64,000 nucleotides of DNA from Candidatus Kaiserbacteria bacterium (GTDB taxonomy: Bacteria; Patescibacteriota; Minisyncoccia; Phycocordibacterales; Phycocordibacteraceae): assembly GCA_963699165.1 (NCBI GenBank), contig OY969413.1:724562-788561 (forward strand). Direction: 5' to 3'. Positions 47,506 through 57,055 of the stretch are shown here, piece after piece (within the stretch, counting starts at the first letter, position 1; every line of letters begins with the position of its first letter). The position numbers and the translations under genes were made by a program. The notes below the pieces were generated by a model. The model ran no database searches and was not told the DNA's origin. It was given only the letters and a program-made list of their open reading frames with translations.

Positions 47506-48838
47506 ATCGAGCATCATCATCATTGTCGGAATTACGGGCGATTTGTCGAGGCGGTATTTGCTCCCTGCGCTTGGCGAGATGGCTTTCGCCGGAGTGTTTT
47601 CGAAACCGTTTCGCATCGTCGGCATCACGCGGCAGGAACATATGAATCTCGATGAGTTACTCTCGGGAATCGCCAACGCCGAGCACATTCGCCCGCACAT
47701 TGAATTATTTTCCATGTCGCTTGTCGATGACGCAGAATATAAAATTCTTTCGTCAAAACTTTCAGCCATCGAGGTCGATTTCGGCGGCGGAGCGCAGCGC
47801 CTCTGGTATCTTGCGGTGCCGCCGAAAACCGCATGGCCGATTATCGAACATCTCGGCGTATCCGGGCTTTCAAAAGCGCCGCATACAAAACTGCTACTCG
47901 AGAAGCCGTTCGGCATCGATGAAGAAAGCGCTCGCGAACTCATTACACACGTCGAAAAATCGTTTACCGAACAGCAGGTGTACCGTATCGACCACTATCT
48001 CGCAAAAGAAACGGTTCAAAACATCGTCGTGTTTCGCCGAGACAATCCGCTCTTTGAACAAACATGGAACGGCGACTTCATAGAACGAGTCGACATTCTT
48101 GTGAGCGAGAAAATCGGCATTGAAGGCCGCGCCGCCTTTTACGAACAAACGGGAGCGCTTCGCGATGTCGTGCAAAGCCACTTGCTGCAGCTTGCCGCGC
48201 TCACGCTCATGGAGCTGCCCGAAGACGGCGAATGGGCGCGCATTCCCGAGGCGCGCCGGAAAATTTTGAGCACGCTCGCCGTCGCACCCGAACGTGCGCG
48301 GCGCGGACAATATGCCGGCTACCGCGACGAAGTCGGCAACCCGGGTTCAATGGTTGAAACATTCGCATCGCTTACGCTCGTTTCGAGCGAGCCGCGCTGG
48401 CGCGATGTTCCGATACGGCTCACGACCGGCAAAGCACTCGGGGAGCGGAAAATGGAAATCGTCACAACCTATCGCCATACTGCAGCGACGGAAGGGAATC
48501 GCCTGTCCATCCGAATCCAGCCCGACGAAAGTATCGAGTTTTGCATTAATGCGAAAAAGCCGGGCTATGAGCAGGCAACGGAACGCATTCCGCTCACTTT
48601 TACCTACGCCGACCATTTTGGCGCGCTTTCCGGCGCCTATGAGCGCGTCTTCCTCGATGCGCTCCATGGAAACCACGCCCTCTTCGTCGGAAGCGAAGAA
48701 GTGCTCGAATCGTGGCGCATTATCGACGCCGCAAGAAAAATTTTCGAATCGACCCCAGGCAATCTTCTTATACATGAGCGCGGGGAATCGCCCGAACGCA
48801 TTTTGAGCATGGACGCTTCGGGTTCGATGCGGAAGTAA
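47498..48838 (+). CDS. zwf: Glucose-6-phosphate dehydrogenase
   Basis: GITGDLS, EKPFG, RIDHYLAKE, RDVVQSHLLQ. Confidence 0.93.
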   Translation: MPESSIIIIVGITGDLSRRYLLPALGEMAFAGVFSKPFRIVGITRQEHMNLDELLSGIANAEHIRPHIELFSMSLVDDAEYKILSSKLSAIEVDFGGGAQRLWYLAVPPKTAWPIIEHLGVSGLSKAPHTKLLLEKPFGIDEESARELITHVEKSFTEQQVYRIDHYLAKETVQNIVVFRRDNPLFEQTWNGDFIERVDILVSEKIGIEGRAAFYEQTGALRDVVQSHLLQLAALTLMELPEDGEWARIPEARRKILSTLAVAPERARRGQYAGYRDEVGNPGSMVETFASLTLVSSEPRWRDVPIRLTTGKALGERKMEIVTTYRHTAATEGNRLSIRIQPDESIEFCINAKKPGYEQATERIPLTFTYADHFGALSGAYERVFLDALHGNHALFVGSEEVLESWRIIDAARKIFESTPGNLLIHERGESPERILSMDASGSMRK

Positions 48839-48886
48839 ACAGCGTTTTTGCATTTTTTGACGCAAACAACTGGTATACTGGAGGGA

Positions 48887-49318
48887 ATGGAATATCAGGT
48901 GCCGCAATTTATCGAGGTCGAGGACAAAATTATCGGACCGCTGACCTTGAAACAGTTCATTTATATCGCCGGCGGCGCCGGGTTATGCGTCGTCTTTTTC
49001 ACTTTTTTGCCGTTCTTTCTCGCGGCGTTGTTGTCCCTGCCGATTGCGGTGCTTACATGGGCGCTCGCTTTTTACAAAGTAAACGGCAAGCCGTTCATCG
49101 AGGTTCTCGAAGCCGGATTCAATTACTGGATCGGCGCAAAACTGTTTCTCTGGAAACACCAAGATGCGGAGGTTCCGCAGAGAAAACCGGTTCCGGTTGC
49201 GCCGGAAACGCATGCGGTGGCGGGCGCGCCGCGGCTGTCGCGCGGAAAACTTTCCGAACTGGCGTGGTCGCTTGACGTAAACACGGAAGGCGGCGCGGCC
49301 GCCGACCGCGAGAAATAA
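48887..49318 (+). CDS. PrgI family protein
   Basis: QVPQFIEVEDKIIGPLTLKQF plus two TMs. Confidence 0.85.
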   Translation: MEYQVPQFIEVEDKIIGPLTLKQFIYIAGGAGLCVVFFTFLPFFLAALLSLPIAVLTWALAFYKVNGKPFIEVLEAGFNYWIGAKLFLWKHQDAEVPQRKPVPVAPETHAVAGAPRLSRGKLSELAWSLDVNTEGGAAADREK

Positions 49319-49319
49319 T

Positions 49320-49961
49320 ATGGCAACTCAGCAAACGGGCATCACGCAGCAATTCGTTCCGGTCAAGGAAATCCGGAACGGCATCGTCATTCTGAAGGAC
49401 GGCAGCTACCGCGGCGTTCTTATCTGTTCGGCAATTAACTTCGGCCTGAAATCGCCCGACGAACAGCAGGCGATTACGCTCGGATTTCAAAACTTTCTGA
49501 ATACGCTCGATTTTTCGATTCAGATTGTCGTGAATTCCCGAAAAATGGATTTGCGTCCGTATCTTGCCATGCTTGAAGAGAAGACAACCGACCAAAAGAC
49601 CGAGCTGATGAAAATCCAGCTTCGCGAATACATTGAGTTCATCCGTTCGTTTACGGACCAGGCGAACATTATGACAAAATCGTTTTATATCGTCGTGCCG
49701 TATACGCCGCGCGTTACCGTCGCTTCCGCTACGAACTTTTTGCGGCGAGACAAAACTGCGGCGGCGGCTCCCGTTACCGACAGCCGCACTTTCGAGGAAG
49801 ATCGCGCGCAGCTCGAACAGCGGCTTACGCTTGTCGCGAGCTCGCTTGGAAACACGGGCGTGCGTGCGGCGCCGCTCGGCACCGAAGAAGTCATCGAACT
49901 GTTGTACCGCTCCTTTAATCCCGGCGAGCTCGAAAACCCGATTCGCCTCGATGAAAACTGA
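49320..49961 (+). CDS. TraC/VirB4-associated protein
   Basis: INFGLKSPDEQQAI..FLNTLDFSIQI, located between PrgI and VirB4. Confidence 0.7.
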   Translation: MATQQTGITQQFVPVKEIRNGIVILKDGSYRGVLICSAINFGLKSPDEQQAITLGFQNFLNTLDFSIQIVVNSRKMDLRPYLAMLEEKTTDQKTELMKIQLREYIEFIRSFTDQANIMTKSFYIVVPYTPRVTVASATNFLRRDKTAAAAPVTDSRTFEEDRAQLEQRLTLVASSLGNTGVRAAPLGTEEVIELLYRSFNPGELENPIRLDEN

Positions 49962-49962
49962 T

Positions 49963-51783
49963 ATGGCCCTGCTTGATTTTCTCAACCGCAAGAATAGTGC
50001 CGAGATACCCGAAGTCATACCGGTGCTGCCGAAAGATATTTATAAGCGCGGCGCGCTCGATCTCGTCGACACCATCGCGCCGGCTGCACTCAAGATAAAT
50101 TCCCGCGACATAGAGCTCGGTGAAAAATTCGTTCGCGCGTTTTACACGGTTTCGTATCCGCGCTTCCTTTCCGACAGCTGGTTTTCACCCGTTATCAATC
50201 TCGACCGCGTGCTCGATGTTTCGATTTTCATTCATCCGGTCGCAACCGAGCAGGCGCTTCGCGCATTCCAGAAAAAAGTCGCGGAAGTGCAGAGCCAAAT
50301 CAGCGAGCGGGAATCGAAAGGCCTTGTGCGCGACCCGCTTCTTGATACCGCGTATCAGGACCTCGAAAGCTTGCGCGACAATCTGCAGCAGGCGCAGGAA
50401 AAACTCTTTGATGTCGGCCTCTATCTCGCGCTCTACGGCGATACCCAGGAAGAAATCGACAAAACCGAAGGCGATATACGAGGCATCCTCGATGCGAAAC
50501 TCGTGTACACGAAACCCGCGCTATTCCAACAAGAACAGGGTTTTCGTTCGTGCCTGCCGCTCGGGACCGACGAACTCCTCGTCAATTCAAAATTGAATTC
50601 GTCCCCCCTTTCCTCCATTTTCCCGTTCGTCTCCTTCGACCTCACGAGCGACCGCGGCATTCTCTACGGCATCAACCGCCACAATGCATCGCTCATTCTG
50701 TTCGACCGCTTCTCGCTCGAAAACTACAACTCGGTCGTCTTCGCAAAATCCGGTTCGGGAAAAAGCTACGCGACCAAACTCGAAGTACTGCGCTCGCTCA
50801 TGTTCGGCGTCGATGTCATCGTTATCGACCCGGAAAAAGAATACGAACAGCTTGCCGAGGCGACCGGCGGCCGCTCTTTCCATATTTCGCTGTCGTCCGA
50901 ACATCACATCAATCCGTTCGATTTGCCGCCGGTGAAAGAAGACGAGGATCCGAAAGATATTTTGCGCTCGAACATTATCGCGCTCGTCGGACTCTTCCGT
51001 ATTATGCTCGGCGGTCTTTCGCCGGAAGAAGACGCAATCATCGACCGGGCCATCAGCGAAACCTATGCGCTGAAAGACATCACGGGCGACACCGATTTCA
51101 CGGGCGCCGAGCCGCCGCTGCTTTCCGATTTCGAGCAGGTGCTCTCGAACATGGCCGGCAGCGAGTCGCTCGTACAGCGCCTCTCGAAATACACGCATGG
51201 CACTTGGGCCGGATTCCTCAATCAGCCGACAAACATCGACATCAACCAGCAGTTCGTCGTCTTCTCGGTGCGTGAGATGGAAGACGAGCTTAAACCGGTC
51301 GCGATGTACATCATCACGCACTACATATGGAACGCCGTGCGCCACGAACTTAAAAAGCGCCTCCTTGTCATCGATGAGGCGTGGTGGATGATGAAGAGCG
51401 ACGACACCGCGTCGTTCTTGTATTCGGTCGCGAAGCGCGGTCGCAAATACTATCTTGGCGTCTGTACCATCACGCAAGACGTCGAGGACTTCCTCAAGAG
51501 CCCGTACGGCCGTCCGATTCTCACCAACTCATCGATGCAGCTTCTGCTCAAACAATCGCCGACGACAATCGACGTACTCCAACAGACGTTCAGCTTAACC
51601 GATGAAGAAAAATATCTCCTGCTCGAAGCGGGCGTCGGGGAAGGACTGTTCTTCGCGGGACTGAAACACGTCGCGATTCGCGTTGTCGCAAGCTACACCG
51701 AGGATCAAATCATTACGTCCGACCCGTCGCAACTGATTGCCATTAAACAGGAGAAGGCGCGGTATGCCGCAGATGGAAAATAA
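49963..51783 (+). CDS. VirB4/TraE-like ATPase
   Basis: AKSGSGKS, VIDPEKEY, VIDEAW, KRGRKY, ITQDVEDF. Confidence 0.9.
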   Translation: MALLDFLNRKNSAEIPEVIPVLPKDIYKRGALDLVDTIAPAALKINSRDIELGEKFVRAFYTVSYPRFLSDSWFSPVINLDRVLDVSIFIHPVATEQALRAFQKKVAEVQSQISERESKGLVRDPLLDTAYQDLESLRDNLQQAQEKLFDVGLYLALYGDTQEEIDKTEGDIRGILDAKLVYTKPALFQQEQGFRSCLPLGTDELLVNSKLNSSPLSSIFPFVSFDLTSDRGILYGINRHNASLILFDRFSLENYNSVVFAKSGSGKSYATKLEVLRSLMFGVDVIVIDPEKEYEQLAEATGGRSFHISLSSEHHINPFDLPPVKEDEDPKDILRSNIIALVGLFRIMLGGLSPEEDAIIDRAISETYALKDITGDTDFTGAEPPLLSDFEQVLSNMAGSESLVQRLSKYTHGTWAGFLNQPTNIDINQQFVVFSVREMEDELKPVAMYIITHYIWNAVRHELKKRLLVIDEAWWMMKSDDTASFLYSVAKRGRKYYLGVCTITQDVEDFLKSPYGRPILTNSSMQLLLKQSPTTIDVLQQTFSLTDEEKYLLLEAGVGEGLFFAGLKHVAIRVVASYTEDQIITSDPSQLIAIKQEKARYAADGK

Positions 51784-52666
51784 CGAACCGCCGCCGGAAA
51801 CAATGACGTGGGGGAAAGCCGCGCCCGTACTCGCGCTTTCCGTTATCTTTGACGCGTTGCGGTTTGTTTTCGATATGTTTTGGCTCTTCGCTCCGCTTAT
51901 CGCGTCCGGTATTGCGGCTGTTGTGGCAAGCGGGGTCGTCAATCAGTGGGTAGGGTGGGCGCCGGGAGCGATAAAGGACGGCATTGTTTCGGCGACCGTC
52001 ACCATCGCCGGTCTCGGCACGGTTGCCGGAACTGAGGTTATTGCCCCTTTCGGAGTTTTTATGGCGATGGCAACGGGCTTGTGCGGCTGGCTCACCATCG
52101 GCGCCATTTTGGTAGTCACAAACCGACGCATTTTCGCTGAAAACACGGAAACCGTGCTTGAATACGGATCAACTCTTGCAGGAAGCGAACTGCCTATCTT
52201 GAATGCTCTTCCGATGCTAACCGTAGTGACGACGAGAATGTACCGGAAGCAAATTCGTCTCGAGAAAGCGGCATTGAAAAAATATGAACAAGGACTGGCC
52301 CAAGCAAGGATGTTTCAACATAATGCGCGAGACGCAAAAGTGACGGAAATTCTGCGGCATCGCGAGGCAAAGGCGCGCGCCCAAGAGGAAAGTGGGGAGG
52401 ATGGGGAGAGCGGACGGAATCAGAGCCGCTCGGCGACCGGCACGTTCCCGGGTGATTCCGCCATTCCGCAAGCAGTCCGTCCGCCTTCTGCGGCGAGCAC
52501 AGTAACGTCCCTCGAGGACTTTAAAGCAAATCGGCAATCGGCTCGGCAGATGCCAAGAGGATCGGTCATTCCAAGAGCCCCGGGCACCGTTGCGTCCCTT
52601 GATGACCATCGCGCAAATCGGCAGCCGCCCGGCACAATCCCCGAAACGGACAAAATACCGGCATGA
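51764..52666 (+). CDS. Hypothetical membrane protein with disordered repeated tail
   Basis: Several TMs, ELPILNALP motif, low-complexity C-terminus. Confidence 0.65.
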   Translation: MPQMENNEPPPETMTWGKAAPVLALSVIFDALRFVFDMFWLFAPLIASGIAAVVASGVVNQWVGWAPGAIKDGIVSATVTIAGLGTVAGTEVIAPFGVFMAMATGLCGWLTIGAILVVTNRRIFAENTETVLEYGSTLAGSELPILNALPMLTVVTTRMYRKQIRLEKAALKKYEQGLAQARMFQHNARDAKVTEILRHREAKARAQEESGEDGESGRNQSRSATGTFPGDSAIPQAVRPPSAASTVTSLEDFKANRQSARQMPRGSVIPRAPGTVASLDDHRANRQPPGTIPETDKIPA

Positions 52667-52695
52667 CGTATCTCTGCACGCGATATACTAGCAGC

Positions 52696-53679
52696 ATGCG
52701 CTTTCTTTCTTCCGCAATCATTCTCATCCTTGCGCTTCCCGTTGCGGCGCTCGCGCAATCCGTAGCCAGCACCAATCCGTTTGACATATCGGTGAATCCG
52801 CAATATCCGACCCCGAACAGTACGGCAACGATTTCCTTTACCTCGAATTCTCTCGACCTTGCAAATGCAACCGTTACGGTCACCGCAAACGGCACGCGGT
52901 TATACCAAGGAGCCGTGGAACCGGTTCCTATCACGCTTGGTCGCGCGGGAAGCGCCACAAACATATCCGCAACTGTGGTCTCGGAAGGAGAAAGTTATAC
53001 CCAACAGATAACCATCCAACCGGAGGATGTTGTTCTCGTTGTCGAGCCGATTTCTTCCGCACCGCCCTTATACCCCGGGAAATCATTGGTGCCGCTCGAA
53101 GGGAGTTCGCGCATCGTGGCTATGGCAAATCTTGAGACCGCGAGCGGTAAAACGCTTGACCCGTCAACGCTGTCCTACGCATGGACGGTAGACGACGCGC
53201 AAATCGGAGATTCCTCCGGCATCGGCAAGGATTCCATCATCGTCGCTTCGCCGATGCAATACCGAAGACGCACCGTTTCCGTCGTCGTTATGAGTACCGA
53301 CGGAGCGCTTGTCGGAAGCGCCGGACTCTCGCTCATTCCACAACAGCCGACCGTGCGCATCTATGAAAATGATTCTTTGCTCGGTATCGAATACAACCGC
53401 GCTCTCGCTGGCAGTTACGCGCTTCCCGGCGCTGAAGAATCGCTCTACGCCGGAACATTCTCTTTTCCAACCGCCACCGGCGCGCCGAGCGTTCGCTGGT
53501 TTTTAAACGGCGCGGCCGCTCAAACCGGCGATTCCATCACACTGCGTCCGACGGGCTCGGGACAGGGAGCCGCTTCGCTTTCGCTCACCGCTTCGGCCGG
53601 CACGTTTACGACGGCCACACAGGCGTTGACCGTTATGTTCGGACAAACGTCCCGGGGTTTTAATTTATTTGGCTTATGA
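52696..53679 (+). CDS. Secreted Ig-like beta protein
   Basis: Signal peptide (ALA-Q), ISVNPQYP, LSYAWTVD. Confidence 0.7.
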   Translation: MRFLSSAIILILALPVAALAQSVASTNPFDISVNPQYPTPNSTATISFTSNSLDLANATVTVTANGTRLYQGAVEPVPITLGRAGSATNISATVVSEGESYTQQITIQPEDVVLVVEPISSAPPLYPGKSLVPLEGSSRIVAMANLETASGKTLDPSTLSYAWTVDDAQIGDSSGIGKDSIIVASPMQYRRRTVSVVVMSTDGALVGSAGLSLIPQQPTVRIYENDSLLGIEYNRALAGSYALPGAEESLYAGTFSFPTATGAPSVRWFLNGAAAQTGDSITLRPTGSGQGAASLSLTASAGTFTTATQALTVMFGQTSRGFNLFGL

Positions 53680-54557
53680 AAAAGATTCTCGCTCCGCTTC
53701 TCATTCTATTCACCGTCGTTGGCATTGCGGTTCCGCACGTTCTTGCACAGGGTTTTGTGCCGCTCGCGCCGATTCCGGGTCTCACCGATAACGTGCAGGC
53801 AAGCCAGGGCGGTCTCGCCGACTTTCTGAACAATCTGTATAAATTCCTCATTGGCATTGCAGCCGCGCTTGCCGTCATCGTGATTATTTGGAGCGGCCTT
53901 GAAATTGCGCTCAATCCGGGAAACGTTAGCAAAATGGGCGAGAGCCGAAGCAGAATCGTCGGCGCTATTTTCGGCCTTATCCTTGTTCTTTCACCCGTTC
54001 TTGTTTTTTCAATCATCAATCCGAGCATCTTGAATCTGTCGCTCGACCTGCCGGTTATCGGCAACACAATGTCGGGCACCTCCGGACAAACCCCACCGAC
54101 CACAACCACGACTCCGGGATGTACGCTGTCTTCCGGCACGACTTATCTGCTGACCTATTCCTGCACGGACACAAACACCGCGAATAGCTATACCTGCCCG
54201 GGCGGTTTTACCCTCAATAAAAGCGGAAGCAGTTCGAGCGTATATTGCGAAGATCCGAATTATAAAGTCACGTTTTATGTGACTACGGATAACACCGGCG
54301 GCATGAATCCGGCGGTTCAGCCCTTTTATAATCAAGCCGTCCCGTCGGGCACGTGGGGAAAAACGACACTGCAAGCGTTTGAGAGCGGGTGCTCCGCTGA
54401 TGGCGGACAAACCTATGCCGACGGTTCACCGATAAATGCAACGCAAATCACGCCCGGCGAAGCCGGCAGCGCCGCCTCCTGTCCGGCAAATTCCGGTGCC
54501 CCTGCCGGAGCAAAATGCGTTGATGTACAATTGCTTTGCCAGCCGTCGTCGCCATAA
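53676..54557 (+). CDS. VirB2/TrbC-like pilin with Cys-rich extracellular domain
   Basis: Signal peptide, AALAVIVIIWSG..SRIVGAIFGLILVL..INPSIL, multiple Cys. Confidence 0.75.
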   Translation: MKKILAPLLILFTVVGIAVPHVLAQGFVPLAPIPGLTDNVQASQGGLADFLNNLYKFLIGIAAALAVIVIIWSGLEIALNPGNVSKMGESRSRIVGAIFGLILVLSPVLVFSIINPSILNLSLDLPVIGNTMSGTSGQTPPTTTTTPGCTLSSGTTYLLTYSCTDTNTANSYTCPGGFTLNKSGSSSSVYCEDPNYKVTFYVTTDNTGGMNPAVQPFYNQAVPSGTWGKTTLQAFESGCSADGGQTYADGSPINATQITPGEAGSAASCPANSGAPAGAKCVDVQLLCQPSSP

Positions 54558-54562
54558 TTGCC

Positions 54563-55759
54563 ATGCGCCGAACACTTCTCATCGCTTCAGTCATAATTGT
54601 CATCCTCGGCATCGGCGTGCTCGTGTATTTCTTTTTCTTCGCAAAATCGCCGAGCATCACAACCACACCCGGAGGAAACACAAACTTCCCGACGGCAGGG
54701 CAGGGCACTGCGGCAACTCAAACAACGGAAAATGAATCTGCTCCGAGCGCTCCGGTCGTCGTCTCGCCGCGGCTGGTGCAAATAAGCGCAGGGCCGGTAG
54801 TGACCGGCGAAGCCGTCATTGATGAAAAGTCCGCGGAGGCAAGTTCCACGACTGATATCGCCGTCGACTACATCGAGCGGCAAAGCGGTAACGTATTTAC
54901 ATATCTTGAGAACGAAAAAACGAACACCCGCATCTCGAACAAGACCATTCCCGGCATCCAGTCGGCTTCATGGCTTCCCGACGGTTCGCGGGCGTTTGTC
55001 CGCTATCTCTCCGGAACGGACTTTTTAACCGTAAACACCTACGCTCTTTCGGCAAGCTCCACCGATGGATTTTTCCTGCCGCAAAACCTTACCGATATTG
55101 CGGTATCATCGACAAGCGTGCTTGCGCTTGCATCGGGCGTAAACGGTTCAACGGCTTCACTGTCGCGTGCCGACGGCACAAACGCAATGAATGTTTTTTC
55201 CACGCCGCTTTCCTCGCTACGTGTCGGTTTTGCGGGTAAGTCGCAATATCTCGCGACAACAAGGGCCTCCGCGACACTTCCGGGCGATGCGTTTTTGGTC
55301 GACGCAACCGGACATTTTTCGCGCATCGCGGGCCCGCTAAACGGCCTCGTCGCGCTTGCCAGCCCATCGGGAAAATACGTACTTGCCAGCTATTCTCTCA
55401 ACGGGAGCATGGAGATGGAGTTGGTTGACGCTTCGAGCGGACAAACCATCCCTCTTCCGATCGCAACCATCGCCGATAAATGCGTATGGGCGCCGGATAG
55501 TTCCTCCATCTACTGCGGTATCCCGGTGAGTCCGCCATCCGGCTTTTCATATCCGGACGACTGGTATCAAGGTGCCGTTCCGTTTGCCGACCGCATCTGG
55601 AAAATAGACGTTGCAAACCGTGTCGCGGAGCTGGTGTTGGATTTTTCGGGGCAAACAAAAGATTCCATCGATATCGAATCGCCCGCCATCGACGCCAACG
55701 GCTCAACGCTCGTCTTTGTCAATAAAAACGACGGATCCCTTTGGAGTTATTCGCTATAA
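54563..55759 (+). CDS. Membrane-anchored beta-propeller-like protein
   Basis: N-terminal TM, WLPDG, SPSG, KCVW..IYCG..PDDWYQG. Confidence 0.7.
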   Translation: MRRTLLIASVIIVILGIGVLVYFFFFAKSPSITTTPGGNTNFPTAGQGTAATQTTENESAPSAPVVVSPRLVQISAGPVVTGEAVIDEKSAEASSTTDIAVDYIERQSGNVFTYLENEKTNTRISNKTIPGIQSASWLPDGSRAFVRYLSGTDFLTVNTYALSASSTDGFFLPQNLTDIAVSSTSVLALASGVNGSTASLSRADGTNAMNVFSTPLSSLRVGFAGKSQYLATTRASATLPGDAFLVDATGHFSRIAGPLNGLVALASPSGKYVLASYSLNGSMEMELVDASSGQTIPLPIATIADKCVWAPDSSSIYCGIPVSPPSGFSYPDDWYQGAVPFADRIWKIDVANRVAELVLDFSGQTKDSIDIESPAIDANGSTLVFVNKNDGSLWSYSL

Positions 55760-56485
55760 CGCCTCCTCGGCTACGATACTGCGCCGCACATACCACTCCT
55801 GCAGCGAACCGACGAGGTTCGTCGTTATGAAATACAGCGCTACGGCGCCCGAAGTCGAATATGAAATCGCGCCGATGATAAACGGGAAAACGTATTTAAG
55901 CTGCGTTCCCATGATCTTTTGGAAATCGGCCTGCACGCCCTCCGAATCGGAAGGTTTCATCGTACCCGAAAGCGCCATATGGGCCTGCAGGAACTGGGTT
56001 AGGCCGGCGAGCACCGCAAGAACGATGCTTTTCCCGGCAACCGATATCAGACCGAGAAAGTGTAGCGAAATGATGTGCGGCACCGGGGTAAACGCGTAGA
56101 GCCGCGCGGTATCGATTGCCGAAAACGGCTCGTAATAAAAAACCCAGTACAGCGCAAGCAGAACGGGAATTTGAATAAACGCCGTTAAAATGCTCGCGAA
56201 CGGATTTACTTTCGCGTCACGGTAGAGCGCGAGCGTTTCAACCGCCTCTTTTTCTTTGTCGTCCTTATAGGTTTCTTTCAGCGCCTTGATTTTCGGCTCG
56301 AGCGTTTTCATCGCCCGCTGCGTGCGCGCCGCAGAGAGCGAAAAAGGCAGTAATATGACCCGAATGCCTATCGTGAGCACAATGACGGCAACACCGACAT
56401 CTCCGCCCGGCAAAAACGCGACAAGCGCGACAAGCGCGTTGTAAATCGGATTATAGAAGGCGGCGTGAAAAAAATTTGAAATCAC
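55754..56485 (-). CDS. yidC: Membrane protein insertase YidC
   Basis: IRVILLP, VNPFAS..IQIPVL, LYFIT. Canonical position next to rnpA. Confidence 0.92.
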   Translation of the reverse strand: MISNFFHAAFYNPIYNALVALVAFLPGGDVGVAVIVLTIGIRVILLPFSLSAARTQRAMKTLEPKIKALKETYKDDKEKEAVETLALYRDAKVNPFASILTAFIQIPVLLALYWVFYYEPFSAIDTARLYAFTPVPHIISLHFLGLISVAGKSIVLAVLAGLTQFLQAHMALSGTMKPSDSEGVQADFQKIMGTQLKYVFPFIIGAISYSTSGAVALYFITTNLVGSLQEWYVRRSIVAEEAL

Positions 56486-56488
56486 AAA

Positions 56489-56815
56489 CTATGCATTAGA
56501 GCGCCGGTTAATTTTTAAGAGCGATTGCGCAATCTCTCCTCTGATATCTTCGTAGGATACACTATGCGCGGATGATTTGGGAAATACGATGAGTCCGCCG
56601 CGGGGGAGGGAAAGGGTGCTGAGCGCCGCAAGCACGCGCCGCTTGATGCTGTGGCGGGTAACGGACAGACGGGCGGTTTTTTTAGACACTACCACGGCGC
56701 ATCCCTTCATGTTATCGGAAAATACAACCGTGAAATGCGGGGAATCCACCCGCCGGCCGGTTTTAAGCACCAAGGGAAAATCCGCACGCGGGAGCCGTTC
56801 TCGGCGCGGAAACAC
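56489..56815 (-). CDS. rnpA: Ribonuclease P protein component
   Basis: VVVSKK..SVTRHSIKRR. Synteny with rpmH and yidC. Confidence 0.9.
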   Translation of the reverse strand: MFPRRERLPRADFPLVLKTGRRVDSPHFTVVFSDNMKGCAVVVSKKTARLSVTRHSIKRRVLAALSTLSLPRGGLIVFPKSSAHSVSYEDIRGEIAQSLLKINRRSNA

Positions 56816-56818
56816 GAG

Positions 56819-56959
56819 TTAGGCGCTGAGGCGCTTGCGGCCGATGCGTCGGCGTCCTTGCACTATTTTTCGACCTGCAGAGGTCGCGGTTCGGGAAAGA
56901 AACCCGTGCGCGCGGGCCCGCTTTCGTTTTTTTGGCTGATACGTTTGTTTTGTTGACAT
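56819..56959 (-). CDS. rpmH: 50S ribosomal protein L34 (not in ORF track)
   Basis: [46 protein letters not shown]. Confidence 0.95.
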   Translation of the reverse strand: MSTKQTYQPKKRKRARAHGFLSRTATSAGRKIVQGRRRIGRKRLSA

Positions 56960-57055
56960 GCCGATGCGGAATTAGTTTATGCACATGATATTAACAGATT
57001 CTCCCCGAAAAACCAGTATGTTTTCTTTTTGCGGAGAAGGTATACTCCCATCAAT

